Positions 12,121 through 23,902 of a stretch of DNA of 64,000 bases are shown here, piece after piece. The DNA lies in contig JAUCBJ010002506.1 of the NCBI GenBank assembly GCA_032718475.1, positions 91,440 to 155,439 of the forward strand, given 5' to 3'. Made by a program: the position numbers and the translations under genes. Under the pieces are notes generated by a model, which worked only from the letters and a program-made list of their open reading frames with translations, was not told where the DNA came from and searched no databases. Each line of letters begins with the position of its first letter. The first letter of the stretch is position 1. The stretch comes from Nemertoderma westbladi. Lineage: Eukaryota; Animalia; Xenacoelomorpha.

Positions 12121-12935
12121 CAGTTGGGGAAAGATGCTTATTTAGGCAGTCCGGTCGGACTTCCTAAATAAGAACCGAGCTGCCTATATAGGCAGTTTTT
12201 GTCATTTTTTGGGATAAATTTGATGATTGAAACCACTTAAACGAAAATTGGCATATGAAGAATTTTACATATTAGAGATATACCTGTCACTCAACTACTG
12301 AGAACAAATTAGAAAAATCTATCTAAGCTTCTTTGATCTATTATCAATATAAGATTGACAGTTTCAGTTTATTTGCCAATGGCTGAAAATCCCATGACTG
12401 TGGTGCCTGAAATAATAACACCAGCATTGATAACGTGGTGCTTAAATAGGCAGTTCGCCCTCGTTTTGCTTGGAATTTTTTATTCGAACTGCCTATTTTA
12501 GAATGTCAGCTTCTTATTAAAAAGATGATGTGTATGTGTGTGTAGTAAGCTTCTTATTTAGGAACCGCGAATATCTTACAGATACCAGGATACATCGAAC
12601 TTCTTATTTAGGAACCTGGCATCCTTGAAAATTTTCCTATTTAGGCCCAGCGGCCATGTGATTTTTTAGCCACTGGTAATTATACTAGAACTGTAAATCT
12701 TATATTGATAATAGATCAAAGAAGCTTAGATGGATTTTTCTAATTTTTTCTCAGTAGTTGAGTGACAGGTGTATCTCAATTACGTAAAATTCTTCATATG
12801 CCAATTTGCGTTTAAGTGGCTTAAATCATCAAATTTATCCCAAAAAACGACGCAAACTGCCTATATATATAGGCAGCTCGATTCTTAATTAGGAAGTCCG
12901 ACCGGACTGCCTAAATAAGCATCTTTCCCCAACTG
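12121..12935. mobile_element. Tc1/mariner-type MITE nested in the foldback spacer
   Basis: Long terminal inverted repeats (TIRs, ~240 bp) starting CAGTTGGGGAAAGATGC and ending GCATCTTTCCCCAACTG. TA at left; right TA not retained. Confidence 0.8.
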
Positions 12936-13131
12936 ATTTATATCTATTATTCCAGAATTACGTTTTGTTACTGGTATCGGCGGCGCTAGGGCTATTACCT
13001 GTATTCCCATCCTCTATTAGGCGATCCAGTACATCAATCTTATATTGAAAAATACGTGTTAAATATTATATTATATTTAAGTTTGAAAATGTCTCATCTG
13101 AAATTTGTTGGCACCTCCGACCTCCGTATAA

Positions 13132-13515
13132 AGGCCTGTTTACACGTGGCAACTTTTAGAGCAACTTTCTCGGCAACTAGCAACTTTTTTTGGAGCAACT
13201 TAATTTAATCGCTGTTTACACGTGGCAACTTTACCAGCAACTTTACCAGCAACTTGGCCGGCAACTTTTAGAGCAACTTGGCTAGTTTGACTGTAAAATT
13301 GTGGGTCATTTTATCTACTAGCTAGTTTTTGATAATTTAATTTGATTATCCCACTTTAATTCGCCAACGCAAATTCCTTCAAGTTGCCGAAAAGTTGAGC
13401 AACTTTTACAGCCACCTTTTTGCGTGTTTACAGGGAGCAACTTGATCGGCAACCTGGGTTGCTCCACAAGTTGCCGAGAAAGTTGCTCTAAAAGTTGCCA
13501 CGTGTAAACAGGCCT
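13132..13515. mobile_element. PIF/Harbinger (Tourist-like) MITE
   Basis: TIR AGGCCTGTTTACACGTGGCAACTTTTAGAGCAACTTTCTCGGCAACT; TAA/TTA TSD. The empty site is visible in the opposite foldback arm (GAGAGCCTAATACGGAGG, ~12000). Confidence 0.9.
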
Positions 13516-14689
13516 TTAGGCTCTCAATTTCCGAGATGAAATTTTCGGATGCCATACCTACTGCAGTGTAACTACTGTATACTGTTAACCGTACTGTCCG
13601 TACCGTGTACCCTACATATCAGAAATTCGATTTTGCTGATCGAATACTGGAATACAACAATTGCTCAAGAGCGCCCTCTTGTGATCTATTTACTAATTGC
13701 AGATAGTGTCAACAACGCATTTGATTGAATAGCTTACTTTAAACTATGTTTAAACGACACTGTAAAAACATCGCTTACTTTAAACTATATTACTGCATAA
13801 ACACATACTTCATTTTAAGCAATGTTGGAACAGAACTGCAATTACCTTATTTAAAGCGATTTATTACAGTCAATTACATAAACATAGCTTACTTTTAAGC
13901 GATTTTTTAACAGAACTTGTAAAAATACCTTACTTTTAAGCGATTTATTAAAGTCAACTACATAAACATAGCTTTCTTTTAAGCGATGTATAAATTCAAA
14001 TGCAATAAAATACCATACTTTTAAGCGATGCTTATAAATATAAGCTAATGAAAAATGTAAGGTACACATTTGTAATTCTACGGTATTTTGGCTCAAATCA
14101 GACGCCATAGGTTCCGACATCCTACTTCCCTCTATAAACTTTTTGTAGTAGCTAGTTCTTATTACTATTTGTATAGAAAATGTTCCAGAATATGTTAGCT
14201 ATTCATTTTTAAAAAAATTATGTTTTAGTAGAAGAAATATTTTTTGTTCTAGAACATTTTTTAGAAAAAAATCTGGTTTCTATTTAAAACGCATGGAATC
14301 GTTCTAAAACGTGTTTAAATCAATAAAAAAAAATTGTGAAAAAAAATATTGTGAAAATTTTTTTTTTTAATTGTGAATTTTTTTTTATTGATTTTAAACA
14401 CGATTTAAAACGATTCCATGCGTTTTAATTAGATTCCCGATTTTTTTCTAAAAAATGTTCTAGAACAAAAAATATTTGTTCTAGGACATAATTTTTTTTA
14501 ATGAATAGCTAACATGTTCTGGAACATTTTCTATACACATAGTAAAAAGAACTAGCTACTAAAAAATATTTATAGAAGGAAGTAGGATGTCGGAACCAGT
14601 GTCGAAATTACTAGCTAAACCTACCTAAAACACTAGCTACTATAAAAGTTTGTATCTTACTTAACGAGGATGCTTCAATTACGTCTATT

Positions 14690-14935
14690 TCACGTCCGTC
14701 TGTCTGTGTGTCTGTCCGTCTTGTCTGTCTGTAATGAAAAATTCATTCGTAAATAACTTTTAAAGATTTTAACCATTTTCAACCAAATTTTGTATCGGTA
14801 TACTAGAGAAAAGGTTCCAGTATTTTTGAAAGTTAAGAAAAAATACGTCTCGAACTTTTGACTCCAGATCAAATCGAACTTGTTTCGAACTTGCTCAATT
14901 TCGCGTGCTGCGCGACGCCCCACGAACGTGTAAAC
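14690..14935 (+). mobile_element. Short Helentron/DINE-1-like (HINE) remnant
   Basis: (GTCY)n microsatellite at 14695-14730, then AACCAAATTTTG and the shared end GTGCTGCGCGACGCCCCACGAACGTGT. Confidence 0.55.
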
Positions 14936-15539
14936 TATTAATTTTAATGGTAGATTAAACTCAAAAATATTTAAGGTTATGTATTCTGTACATTTATGTT
15001 CGAAAGCGAAACTTAAACTCTATATCGTATAAAGTTTTAGAATCCGTTCTTGATGTGATGAAAACCTTAATTATATAATCATATGACACTCAGTGGCGAT
15101 CAGTTGGATAATGATTTAAGGGTAGAAATTTAAGGGTATTTTCGTTTGTAGGGGGGGGGGGGGGGGTGGCCGACATAATTGATCGTCGAACACCTCTTCT
15201 GAAAAAACGGTTGGTTGCCATGGATTCAAGCATTTTGCAATTTTTTTCATTAAATTATACATAATAGTGGGTATAGCCATTGTAATGCCATTAAAAGTCC
15301 GTAATATCAGCTATCATATCAGCCTACTATTAGTTGGATGAGATTAACTAACCTCAACATCAAAAGATAAGTAAAATAGGCCGTCCATTTATTTAATATT
15401 CGGATTTACTATAAAGCGAATTCATTAGGACTGTAGTTTGTTTCTACTTTGAACGCCTTCTGTGGTCTTCTGGATTTGTACCGTTTTTTATCTGTTAGTT
15501 TCTTCTTTTGTCTTCGAGTGAAGCTTATTCGAATATGAT

Positions 15540-17295
15540 ATATTGACACGCGTCGTAAACCACGAAGTAAGGTAAACCTTAACATAAGGGTGGGTAGGGT
15601 ACCATTACCATTAATCAATCTGTCGTTCTGGTCTTCCTAATATTTGAACGGAAAATAACTCGTCAATCCTCGATGTAATGAAACCAAACTTGGAACATGT
15701 CTGTAAATAATTTGCACGGGGGGTTTTACAGTTCTCCAGTGTGCTGCTAGAGGGCGAAATATAAAGTGAAAATCCTTCTTCCTTTTAAATTATTTGTACA
15801 TAATCTCTTCATAGACACCATAGCGAGCCACGAAGTGAGCGAAGCCTTAGCATAGGGGTTCCATTCACGAGTTGTCTGTCGTCGTCGTCCAATTTTTGTT
15901 CGCTAATAAGTCGGTCATTCCGTGATAAAATTAAACCAAACATGGTACCTATATAGTCCGTCAAAAAGGTTAGAAAGAATCGAAGTTTGGTAAAAAAAAA
16001 ACACAGTCTGTCTGTAGTTTCACACATTTGTTAAAAACCGAAATAAGTCAGTGACATTAATGAAAGTAATCCAAACTTGGTACACATTAGAGTTGAAACA
16101 GAGACCTGTTTTTCTTAATCCCGGTGAACCAGAGACCTACCCGGAGAATTATTTTGAAAAATACCGGAGACCAGAGCCGGAGATCAGAGACTTTGCTTAT
16201 TTTTCTACTTACAATTTGATTACTCCCCTATAGCACAAACAGATACATATGGACTGAGAACTATTTTTCTATGGTTCAATTGCAGTAAGTAAATTCAACC
16301 CATTTCAACCCTCACCCATTGTAAGAAAATAAGCGCACGTACAGTTTGGGGGGCTTAATTAATATTAATTTGATTATCTGTTTATTAATTCGTTCTTATT
16401 TTGTTATTTTTAATTAATAATAAGTTACATAAATTTGTTTTGCGCCATGGGTACCGGTACTTTGTTAATTAAAGGCACTTATTTTACAATTATAGTTCAA
16501 ATCATATACATTTCAATATACATAGTCATATAGTCATACTCGCTCTACTCGCCCCATTTACAAGCATCGTTACCGTTACGCTCGTTCTCTCCATTTGGTC
16601 GTCATATTATATATCCTATAACAAATTGAATGGAGATCATCCCTTTCTTTCACTTTTAAACATTATCGGTGCTCAAATTAAGCGCCCTTATCCTTAAATA
16701 AGATCCATCTTCAGGTGCTAATTTAAATTAAAATTAAACGCACCTTAAATTAATTAAATAGAAGATTATCGGTACATTTATTAGAAATATAAATAGTGTA
16801 AAAGTGAATATATAATTGTGTTGAAGCGGTGTATGTAAAATAGTTAAAAATTAAAGAAATAATTAATTGTAAAAAATTTGTGGAAAATTATCCTCATTTT
16901 ACATTTTGTGTTGTACAGGATTTATTTTTAAATAACTATTTCTAATTTGTAAAATCACTGATCTCTGGGTAAAATAACTGTTTTCAATACCCGGGAACCA
17001 GAGACCTATCCAGAGACCAAAAAACTGCCCGGAGAATCCAGAGATCAGTGATAAGTCTCTGTTTCAACTCTAGTACACATGTAAGTAAATAAGTAGCTAC
17101 AAAGTATAAAACTAACCAGCAGATTCATCTGAAATTTGGTAGAAGTGACCTATGAACATTACGGCTTTATTAATAATTTTGCTTACCAACAGACTAAGTC
17201 AGTTCATCTGTCAGTCCCATGGTGGCGTTTTGTAAATATAAACAAGTATTCGGAATACATCTTCAGGGGTTATTTGAGTCTCGTGCTGCGCGAAT
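15540..17295 (+). mobile_element. Two adjacent degenerate HINE-like copies, the second interrupted by a hAT MITE
   Basis: Related heads at ~15545 and ~15813 (CCACGAAGT..AASCCTTARCATARGG), CCAAACTTGG units, CAGTTCTCCAGTGTGCTGCTAGAGGGCGAAAT at ~15730-15760 as in the 1-850 array, and partial end motif at ~17281. Confidence 0.5.
16088..17072. mobile_element. hAT-type MITE
   Basis: TIR TAGAGTTGAAACAGAGAC / GTCTCTGTTTCAACTCTA; perfect 8-bp TSD GTACACAT at 16080-16087 and 17073-17080; subterminal CCAGAGAC and CCGGAGA repeats. Confidence 0.92.
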
Positions 17296-19214
17296 GATTA
17301 ATGAATAAAACCGTTCTCAACAGCAAATTGCAAAGCGCCACTTTACACACATAATTTTTATTAAATATTAAACATTATCTTCTTTTTACAAGAACATTTT
17401 TATATTAGTAACCTATGAATAATTGAAAATCTTTTTATATTTTACATTGGTAATAATCGAAAATCATCGATAATCGATCGAAAATTTCATAAAATCGATC
17501 AAAATTTTTTTTAAATTTCGATGGACAACGATAGTACACATACAGTCTGTCAAAAGGTTTAGAATGTGAAATTCTAATTCTAATTCTGTGAAATGTGATT
17601 TTCGCGTGCACCACCTCTGCGACTGAAAACGTCCAGCGCCGGTGAATGTGCCTCGTGCAGCGCGTAGCCGTAGCGCCCATGTAAAGAATACCAGGATTTC
17701 ACTTTTCGGTCGACTTTTTATTGGAATTTTATATATGAATATTTTTTATTTTTCTTTTATTTATCTTTATTAAGTCTATTTTAGTACATACTGTACATAT
17801 ACTAATTCGTTTATTGTTTTGGTTAGATTCAGCCCTTCTGTAACCTGTGTTTTTTGTAAAAACCTGGTATAACATGGGGGATAATGGGGGTAACTGCAAA
17901 GTGAAATATAACGGCAGAAAGTCTGGTATTCTTCATATGTGCCGCACGTAGGATCCAAATTGTATTGGATCCATATTGTAATGCAATTAGCCGTGATACG
18001 GAATGTTATAATTTTTGTTTCTCGAAAAGGCGAAGTTCTGAGATAAAATTATTGTAATCATAAACAAAATAATATTTAATATAATAACAAATTAATTGTA
18101 TTCGAAAATTGAAACATTATTTTTTTTTTCTTAAATCATATGGGACCCGTACATTGAGCCATCTAGATGTAAAATAAAAAATTATTTACAAAATTCATAA
18201 GGAGTTTATAATGTAATTATATTTTTAATATATTATTTTTGTATATCTTTATCGCCTTCCATATCTGGCATCTATCACATCTCGATTGATTTTGAATATT
18301 AATAAAATATATATTCTTCGTCGTAAAATATTATTTCAATTTTCGAATTAAAAATCTTAAAACTTAAATTAAATTATGAAATCCAATGTTTAATCTCTAT
18401 AAGAGTTATCGTACGGGCCTCTCGTTGTGTAATCATGTAAAGTTATACATTACAAGCCCTGAAGTCAATGGAATATTTCGTAGGAAAAAATCAATAATAT
18501 TTAGATTTATGTTTCCATTTCCTTTGACTTCCTGTTAAATTCGACGTAACAAAGGTGGATTATAAACTTCACAGTTTGCAGTTTACGTTAATAAAGTCTC
18601 AAACTTCAAACCAGTGCCAAAATAATTGTTCGACTGAATAACTTTAGGGTAGTGTCTACATATTTGTACATTCCAACGCCCATAATATCTCATCATTTAC
18701 TACTTACACAAATATGCAGCGTATGTACTACGCGGCCAACAGCTAGTAGCTGGAGCCATAGGCGTACGGGGCGGGGGGAGGAGGGGGGGGGGGGGGGGGG
18801 GGGGCTGCAGCCCCCACGGTGAACCAAAAAATGGGGGCGAAAAATCGGAGGGGGAGGGGGGGGGGGGAGAATTTTGAGATAAAATATAATCAAGGCAGAC
18901 AATGAGAGGGAGAGAGTGAAAAATAAAATCGAAATCCCAAGTAAAATAACAATTACAAAAAATTGATTTAATAAAAATGTTGTACTAGAAACCAGAATCA
19001 TCGTAGTCACTTACACGTACTACAGTACATGAGAAATTAAAAGACAGAACAAGATGAAGATAATATATAAATAAGTATCCTGGCTATATTTACAAAAAAA
19101 CTTGAGAATTGGGCAATGCTGGCGTCTGGTTGCTGGCAGCCCATAAAACAGGCAGCAGCATAATTAATGGTGTTTACCCAGAAACTGGAAGTAATGCAGT
19201 AGGTAGGACGCAGT

Positions 19215-20039
19215 GGCGGTACGGCTAATGTCGCGTTACGGCTACTCAAAAAGTCGCGTTACGGCTAATTTTCAGATTAGCCGTAACACGACTTTGAAAG
19301 TCGCGGTACGGCTACTCAAAAAGTCGCGTTACGGCTAATTTTCAGATTAGCCGTAACACGACTTTGAAAGTCGCGGTACGGCTACTCAAAAAGTCGCGTT
19401 ACGGCTAATTTTCAGATTAGCCGTAGCACGACTTTGAAAGTCGCGGTACGGCTACTCAAAAAGTCGCGTTACGGCTAATTTTCAGATTAGCCGTAACACG
19501 ACTTTGAAAGTCGCGGTACGGCTACTCAAAAAGTCGCGTTACGGCTAATTTTCAGATTAGCCGTAACACGACTTTGAAAGTCGCGGTACGGCTACTCAAA
19601 AAGTCGCGTTACGGCTAATTTTCAGATTAGCCGTAGCACGACTTTGAAAGTCGCGGTACGGCTACTCAAAAAGTCGCGTTACGGCTAATTTTCAGATTAG
19701 CCGTAACACGACTTTGAAAGTCGCGGTACGGCTACTCAAAAAGTCGCGTTACGGCTAATTTTCAGATTAGCCGTAACACGACTTTGAAAGTCGCGGTACG
19801 GCTACTCAAAAAGTCGCGTTACGGCTAATTTTCAGATTAGCCGTAACACGACTTTGAAAGTCGCGGTACGGCTACTCAAAAAGTCGCGTTACGGCTAATT
19901 TTCAGATTAGCCGTAGCACGACTTTGAAAGTCGCGGTACGGCTACTCAAAAAGTCGCGTTACGGCTAATTTTCAGATTAGCCGTAACACGACTTTGAAAG
20001 TCGCGGTACGGCTACTCAAAAAGTCGCGTTACGGCTAAT
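19215..20039. repeat. 70-bp tandem array (11 full units plus partial units), each with an internal inverted repeat
   Basis: AAGTCGCGTT recurs every 70 bp from 19251 to 20021. Units are nearly identical, with a CCGTAGCACG variant in units 3, 6 and 10. Confidence 0.95.
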
Positions 20040-20150
20040 CTATTGTCTTGGTTTTACACAGGGAATCATTATCAATATTATTCTATGGTGTTTACGTACA
20101 GATGAGAAAGGTTCGAAAAATTTAATGTAATAATGTTTTACAGCATGGGA

Positions 20151-22701
20151 TGTCAACCAACGCTCTAACATTTCCTTTAACATTCACTTTATATCACTCG
20201 ATTTACTTTACCTCACTCGCTTTACCCGCCTTTAATCGATTTCTCTCTCTCTCCCTGTCTCTCTCTCACTCTCTCTCTTACTCTGTGTTAATTACTTCAC
20301 TTTCTTACTAACTCCGATCGCGAGTTGTTAGTGCTAGTACTTGACCTCACCCTCTCAATTACTTTCACTTTCTTACTAACTCCACACGTGAGTTGATTGT
20401 GGTAGTACTTGACCTCACCCTCTCAATTACTTTCACTTTCTTACTAACTCCACACGTGAGTTGATTGTGGTAGTACTTGACCTCACCCTCTCAATTACTT
20501 TCACTTTCTTACTAACTCCACACGTGAGTTGATTGTGGTAGTACTTGACCTCACCCTCTCAATTACTTTCACTTTCTTACTAACTCCACACGTGAGTTGA
20601 TTGTGGTAGTACTTGACCTCACCCTCTCAATTACTTTCACTTTCTTACTAACTCCACACGTGAGTTGATTGTGGTAGTACTTGACCTCACCCTCTCAATT
20701 ACTTTCACTTTCTTACTAACTCCACACGTGAGTTGATTGTGCTCGTACTTGACCTCACCCTCTCAATTACTTTCACTTTCTTACTAACTCCACACGTGAG
20801 TTGATTGTGGTAGTACTTGACCTCACCCTCTCAATTACTTTCACTTTCTTACTAACTCCACACGTGAGTTGATTGTGGTAGTACTTGACCTCACCCTCTC
20901 AATTACTTTCACTTTCTTACTAACTCCACACGTGAGTTGATTGTGGTAGTACTTGACCTCACCCTCTCAATTACTTTCACTTTCTTACTAACTCCACACG
21001 TGAGTTGATTGTGGTAGTACTTGACCTCACCCTCTCAATTACTTTCACTTTCTTACTAACTCCACACGTGAGTTGATTGTGGTAGTACTTGACCTCACCC
21101 TCTCAATTACTTTCACTTTCTTACTAACTCCACACGTGAGTTGATTGTGGTAGTACTTGACCTCACCCTCTCAATTACTTTCACTTTCTTACTAACTCCA
21201 CACGTGAGTTGATTGTGGTAGTACTTGACCTCACCCTCTCAATTACTTTCACTTTCTTACTAACTCCACACGTGAGTTGATTGTGGTAGTACTTGACCTC
21301 ACCCTCTCAATTACTTTCACTTTCTTACTAACTCCACACGTGAGTTGATTGTGCTCGTACTTGACCTCACCCTCTCAATTACTTTCACTTTCTTACTAAC
21401 TCCACACGTGAGTTGATTGTGGTAGTACTTGACCTCACCCTCTCAATAACTTTCACTTTCTTACTAACTCCACCCACACGTGAGTTGATTGTGCTAGTAC
21501 TTGACGCCCTGTCCTCTCTTATTTTCGCCTCGGTTATGTATTGATCGTTTTGTCCCAAAATTGTAATACTCACTTCGTCTCCAAATTATGTCATTGTTGT
21601 CACCGGTATTTTAATCAAAAGGTTCGCATGTTTGCATATTTGTACACACACATATCGAAAAACTAGGCTTTCATTTCCGTAGATTGACCAGTCTATCCAT
21701 AGCAGAAACTAACAAAATTCCTTGACTTGGTGCGGCACCCTCAATATAATCTGACCATTTAAATTATCAAAATACGTACTACACACCCATCCATCTTACT
21801 AACATAATCATTCGTACAGTACGTGGACTCGGGTTACAGCGGGATTCCACATTTCATTCATATAATAAACCCCCCAAGTCTTGTCTTACTAACATGATCA
21901 TTTTGTACAGTACGTGGACTCGAGTTGCCGCGAGATTCCACTTATCATTCACTTAACAAGCCCCCCCTCAGTCCCACTAACATTATCAAGTACTGTAAGT
22001 GGCCCCAGGTTAAAGCGGGCTGCCACATGTTCACTCATATAACCACCCCCCTCTCGATATATACTGACATTATATTATATAATTAATAATAATAACCCTT
22101 CACAACGCCCATCAACCTCAAACAGAATTATTGAATCTCTGCACATTCATTGGTCGAATCTACTAATTTGTTAGCCCTAGTATGTTAGCACCGCCATGTG
22201 TTACATCAATGCAAACCTCATGTTTTAGGCCTGACCCCCTCCATTCAGCATCTTGACCTCCTGTTATCACCTCGCGATGTAATAATTTACCATTATATAC
22301 TTCATTCTGAGCAATTTCGTCAGTCTTCCTATTTTCTCCACTGGTTGTCACAAATTGTTTTTTACCGCTCGCTCGCTCGCTCGCTCACTCCCCGTCCGCT
22401 CGCTTGCTCGCCTTTTCATTTGTCCCATTTCATTTACTTTGATAACACTTTATTTCTGCTGATATTTGTAACCACATATACTCGAAGTAAATGTTTCATT
22501 AATTTCCCCTCCCCTTATTTTATCAACATTTTTACTACGTTATCGAAATATATTATGTTATTTATTAGTGCTTTTATTGTCCTCATTTCATTATCATAAC
22601 TGCCCGTGATTTGTAAATACAAAACGATTGAATGCGAGCGCGTTAATAAAGAAACTCAATTTTGCAACCGAAACCTTCCTTGAGTGTCCCAATGATAGAC
22701 A
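20151..22701 (+). repeat. 5' LTR (2551 bp) containing 18 units of a 68-bp repeat
   Basis: Starts TGTCAACCAACG, ends ATGATAGACA; AATAAA at ~22645; homologous to 30514-32257. Confidence 0.95.
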
Positions 22702-22958
22702 CTTTCAGTAAAAAACAATTTCTTTTCCACCGGCATCTTAGTTCTGTAGTTAGTGCTTAGGGCGTTTTCAAACTGTTGTAGCCTAGTGCCTAGCGGCCTA
22801 GGGTTTTGACAGTGGACCTATTACAGTATTAGTGTAGCTGGGCCTACATTCCAGTACTGCAGTACGCTACTGCCTACTGCACTGCACTATACTGCCATAC
22901 ACCAGTACACTGTAGGCCTACGCCAGTCAGCCAGTACGCATCAGCCTGACAGCCCGTC

Positions 22959-23873
22959 ATGGCTACTGCTACCGGTAGCCAACACCAACTCGACGAGGAT
23001 GCTTCTTCCTCCATCACTTCTGACCACGGTGGCTCTCCAAATGTCGACGATTTGCGAGCTCTCGATTCGCGCGCTCTGAGTGGACTTAAATCTTCATTTA
23101 CACGCGCCCACAACGCACTCGCCTACCACCTCTCGCTAACCGGGCCTGTACAGGACAACTTAGTCGACACGTCGTTCAACACTTTCAAACTATCATTCGG
23201 TAAGTACCGGAGCAAAACACATCAAATTTTACTTATCCCTAACTTTCGGGCTCAGAATAATACACTTTATAACAAATTCACACATGATTATGCCGAGGCT
23301 GAAGCCCGGTATTATCAACTGGAGCGCAAATATGCCGATTATCAGGAGGACGCACAAAGTGAATCTATCCCCGTAGTAGACCCACCAAATCTTCCTTCAG
23401 AACGGGCAAGGATGACTTCGCTCGCACTGCCCCACCCAACAGCAACAGGTAACATAAATAATTCTCATGGTGATTTTACACTAACCCCCTTAGGTGACAA
23501 AACATCTAGTGCGGGACCGAGACACGTCCGTCGTTCGCTCACTACAGCCTGCATAGATGAGTATCACAATCCCACACCTTTTCGTGGCTTTTCATCGCCG
23601 GACCTAACTTTACTAAATGCAAATGTAGGCTTACAGAGCAATGAAATAGGCCTACCGGTATCGGCACCCGATAACCCTAATCCCAATAGGGAAACATGTG
23701 ACCAGGAATTATTAACTGATTTTTTAAACGCCTCTAGAGATTTCGTAATCCATAACGAATCTGGGTTTCAAAATACAATTAGGCCTATCATGCCTATAGA
23801 CCTACCGGTTGACTGGTTGAGTACAATAAAAGTAACCCATTACCGGTACCTGCAGCACTGTCAGTACTGGTAG
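22959..23873 (+). CDS. gag: BEL/Pao gag, N-terminal segment (frameshifted from the next segment near 23810-23870)
   Basis: First long ORF after the LTR; helical segment RALSGLKSSFTRAHN resembles BEL Gag N-termini. Confidence 0.6.
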   Translation: MATATGSQHQLDEDASSSITSDHGGSPNVDDLRALDSRALSGLKSSFTRAHNALAYHLSLTGPVQDNLVDTSFNTFKLSFGKYRSKTHQILLIPNFRAQNNTLYNKFTHDYAEAEARYYQLERKYADYQEDAQSESIPVVDPPNLPSERARMTSLALPHPTATGNINNSHGDFTLTPLGDKTSSAGPRHVRRSLTTACIDEYHNPTPFRGFSSPDLTLLNANVGLQSNEIGLPVSAPDNPNPNRETCDQELLTDFLNASRDFVIHNESGFQNTIRPIMPIDLPVDWLSTIKVTHYRYLQHCQYW

Positions 23874-23902
23874 TTAACGACCATTTAAATCTAGGCGTCA
23901 GT

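Larger units (their letters stand above)
10869..14683. mobile_element. Large foldback element with ~1.17-kb inverted arms
   Basis: 10869-~12042 is the reverse complement of ~13089-14683 once the 13132-13515 insertion is removed. Each arm has an internal ~470-bp palindrome (GGTTCCGACATCCTACTTCC...GGAAGTAGGATGTCGGAACC) and ATCGCTTAAAAGTAAG repeats. No TSD recognised. Confidence 0.85.

Noticed and set aside
19215-20039. CRISPR array (regular palindromic repeats)
   Set aside because: Intervening sequences are identical rather than unique spacers; eukaryotic context; no cas genes.
20290-21500. CRISPR-like 68-bp periodicity
   Set aside because: Pure tandem repeat inside an LTR, with no variable spacers.
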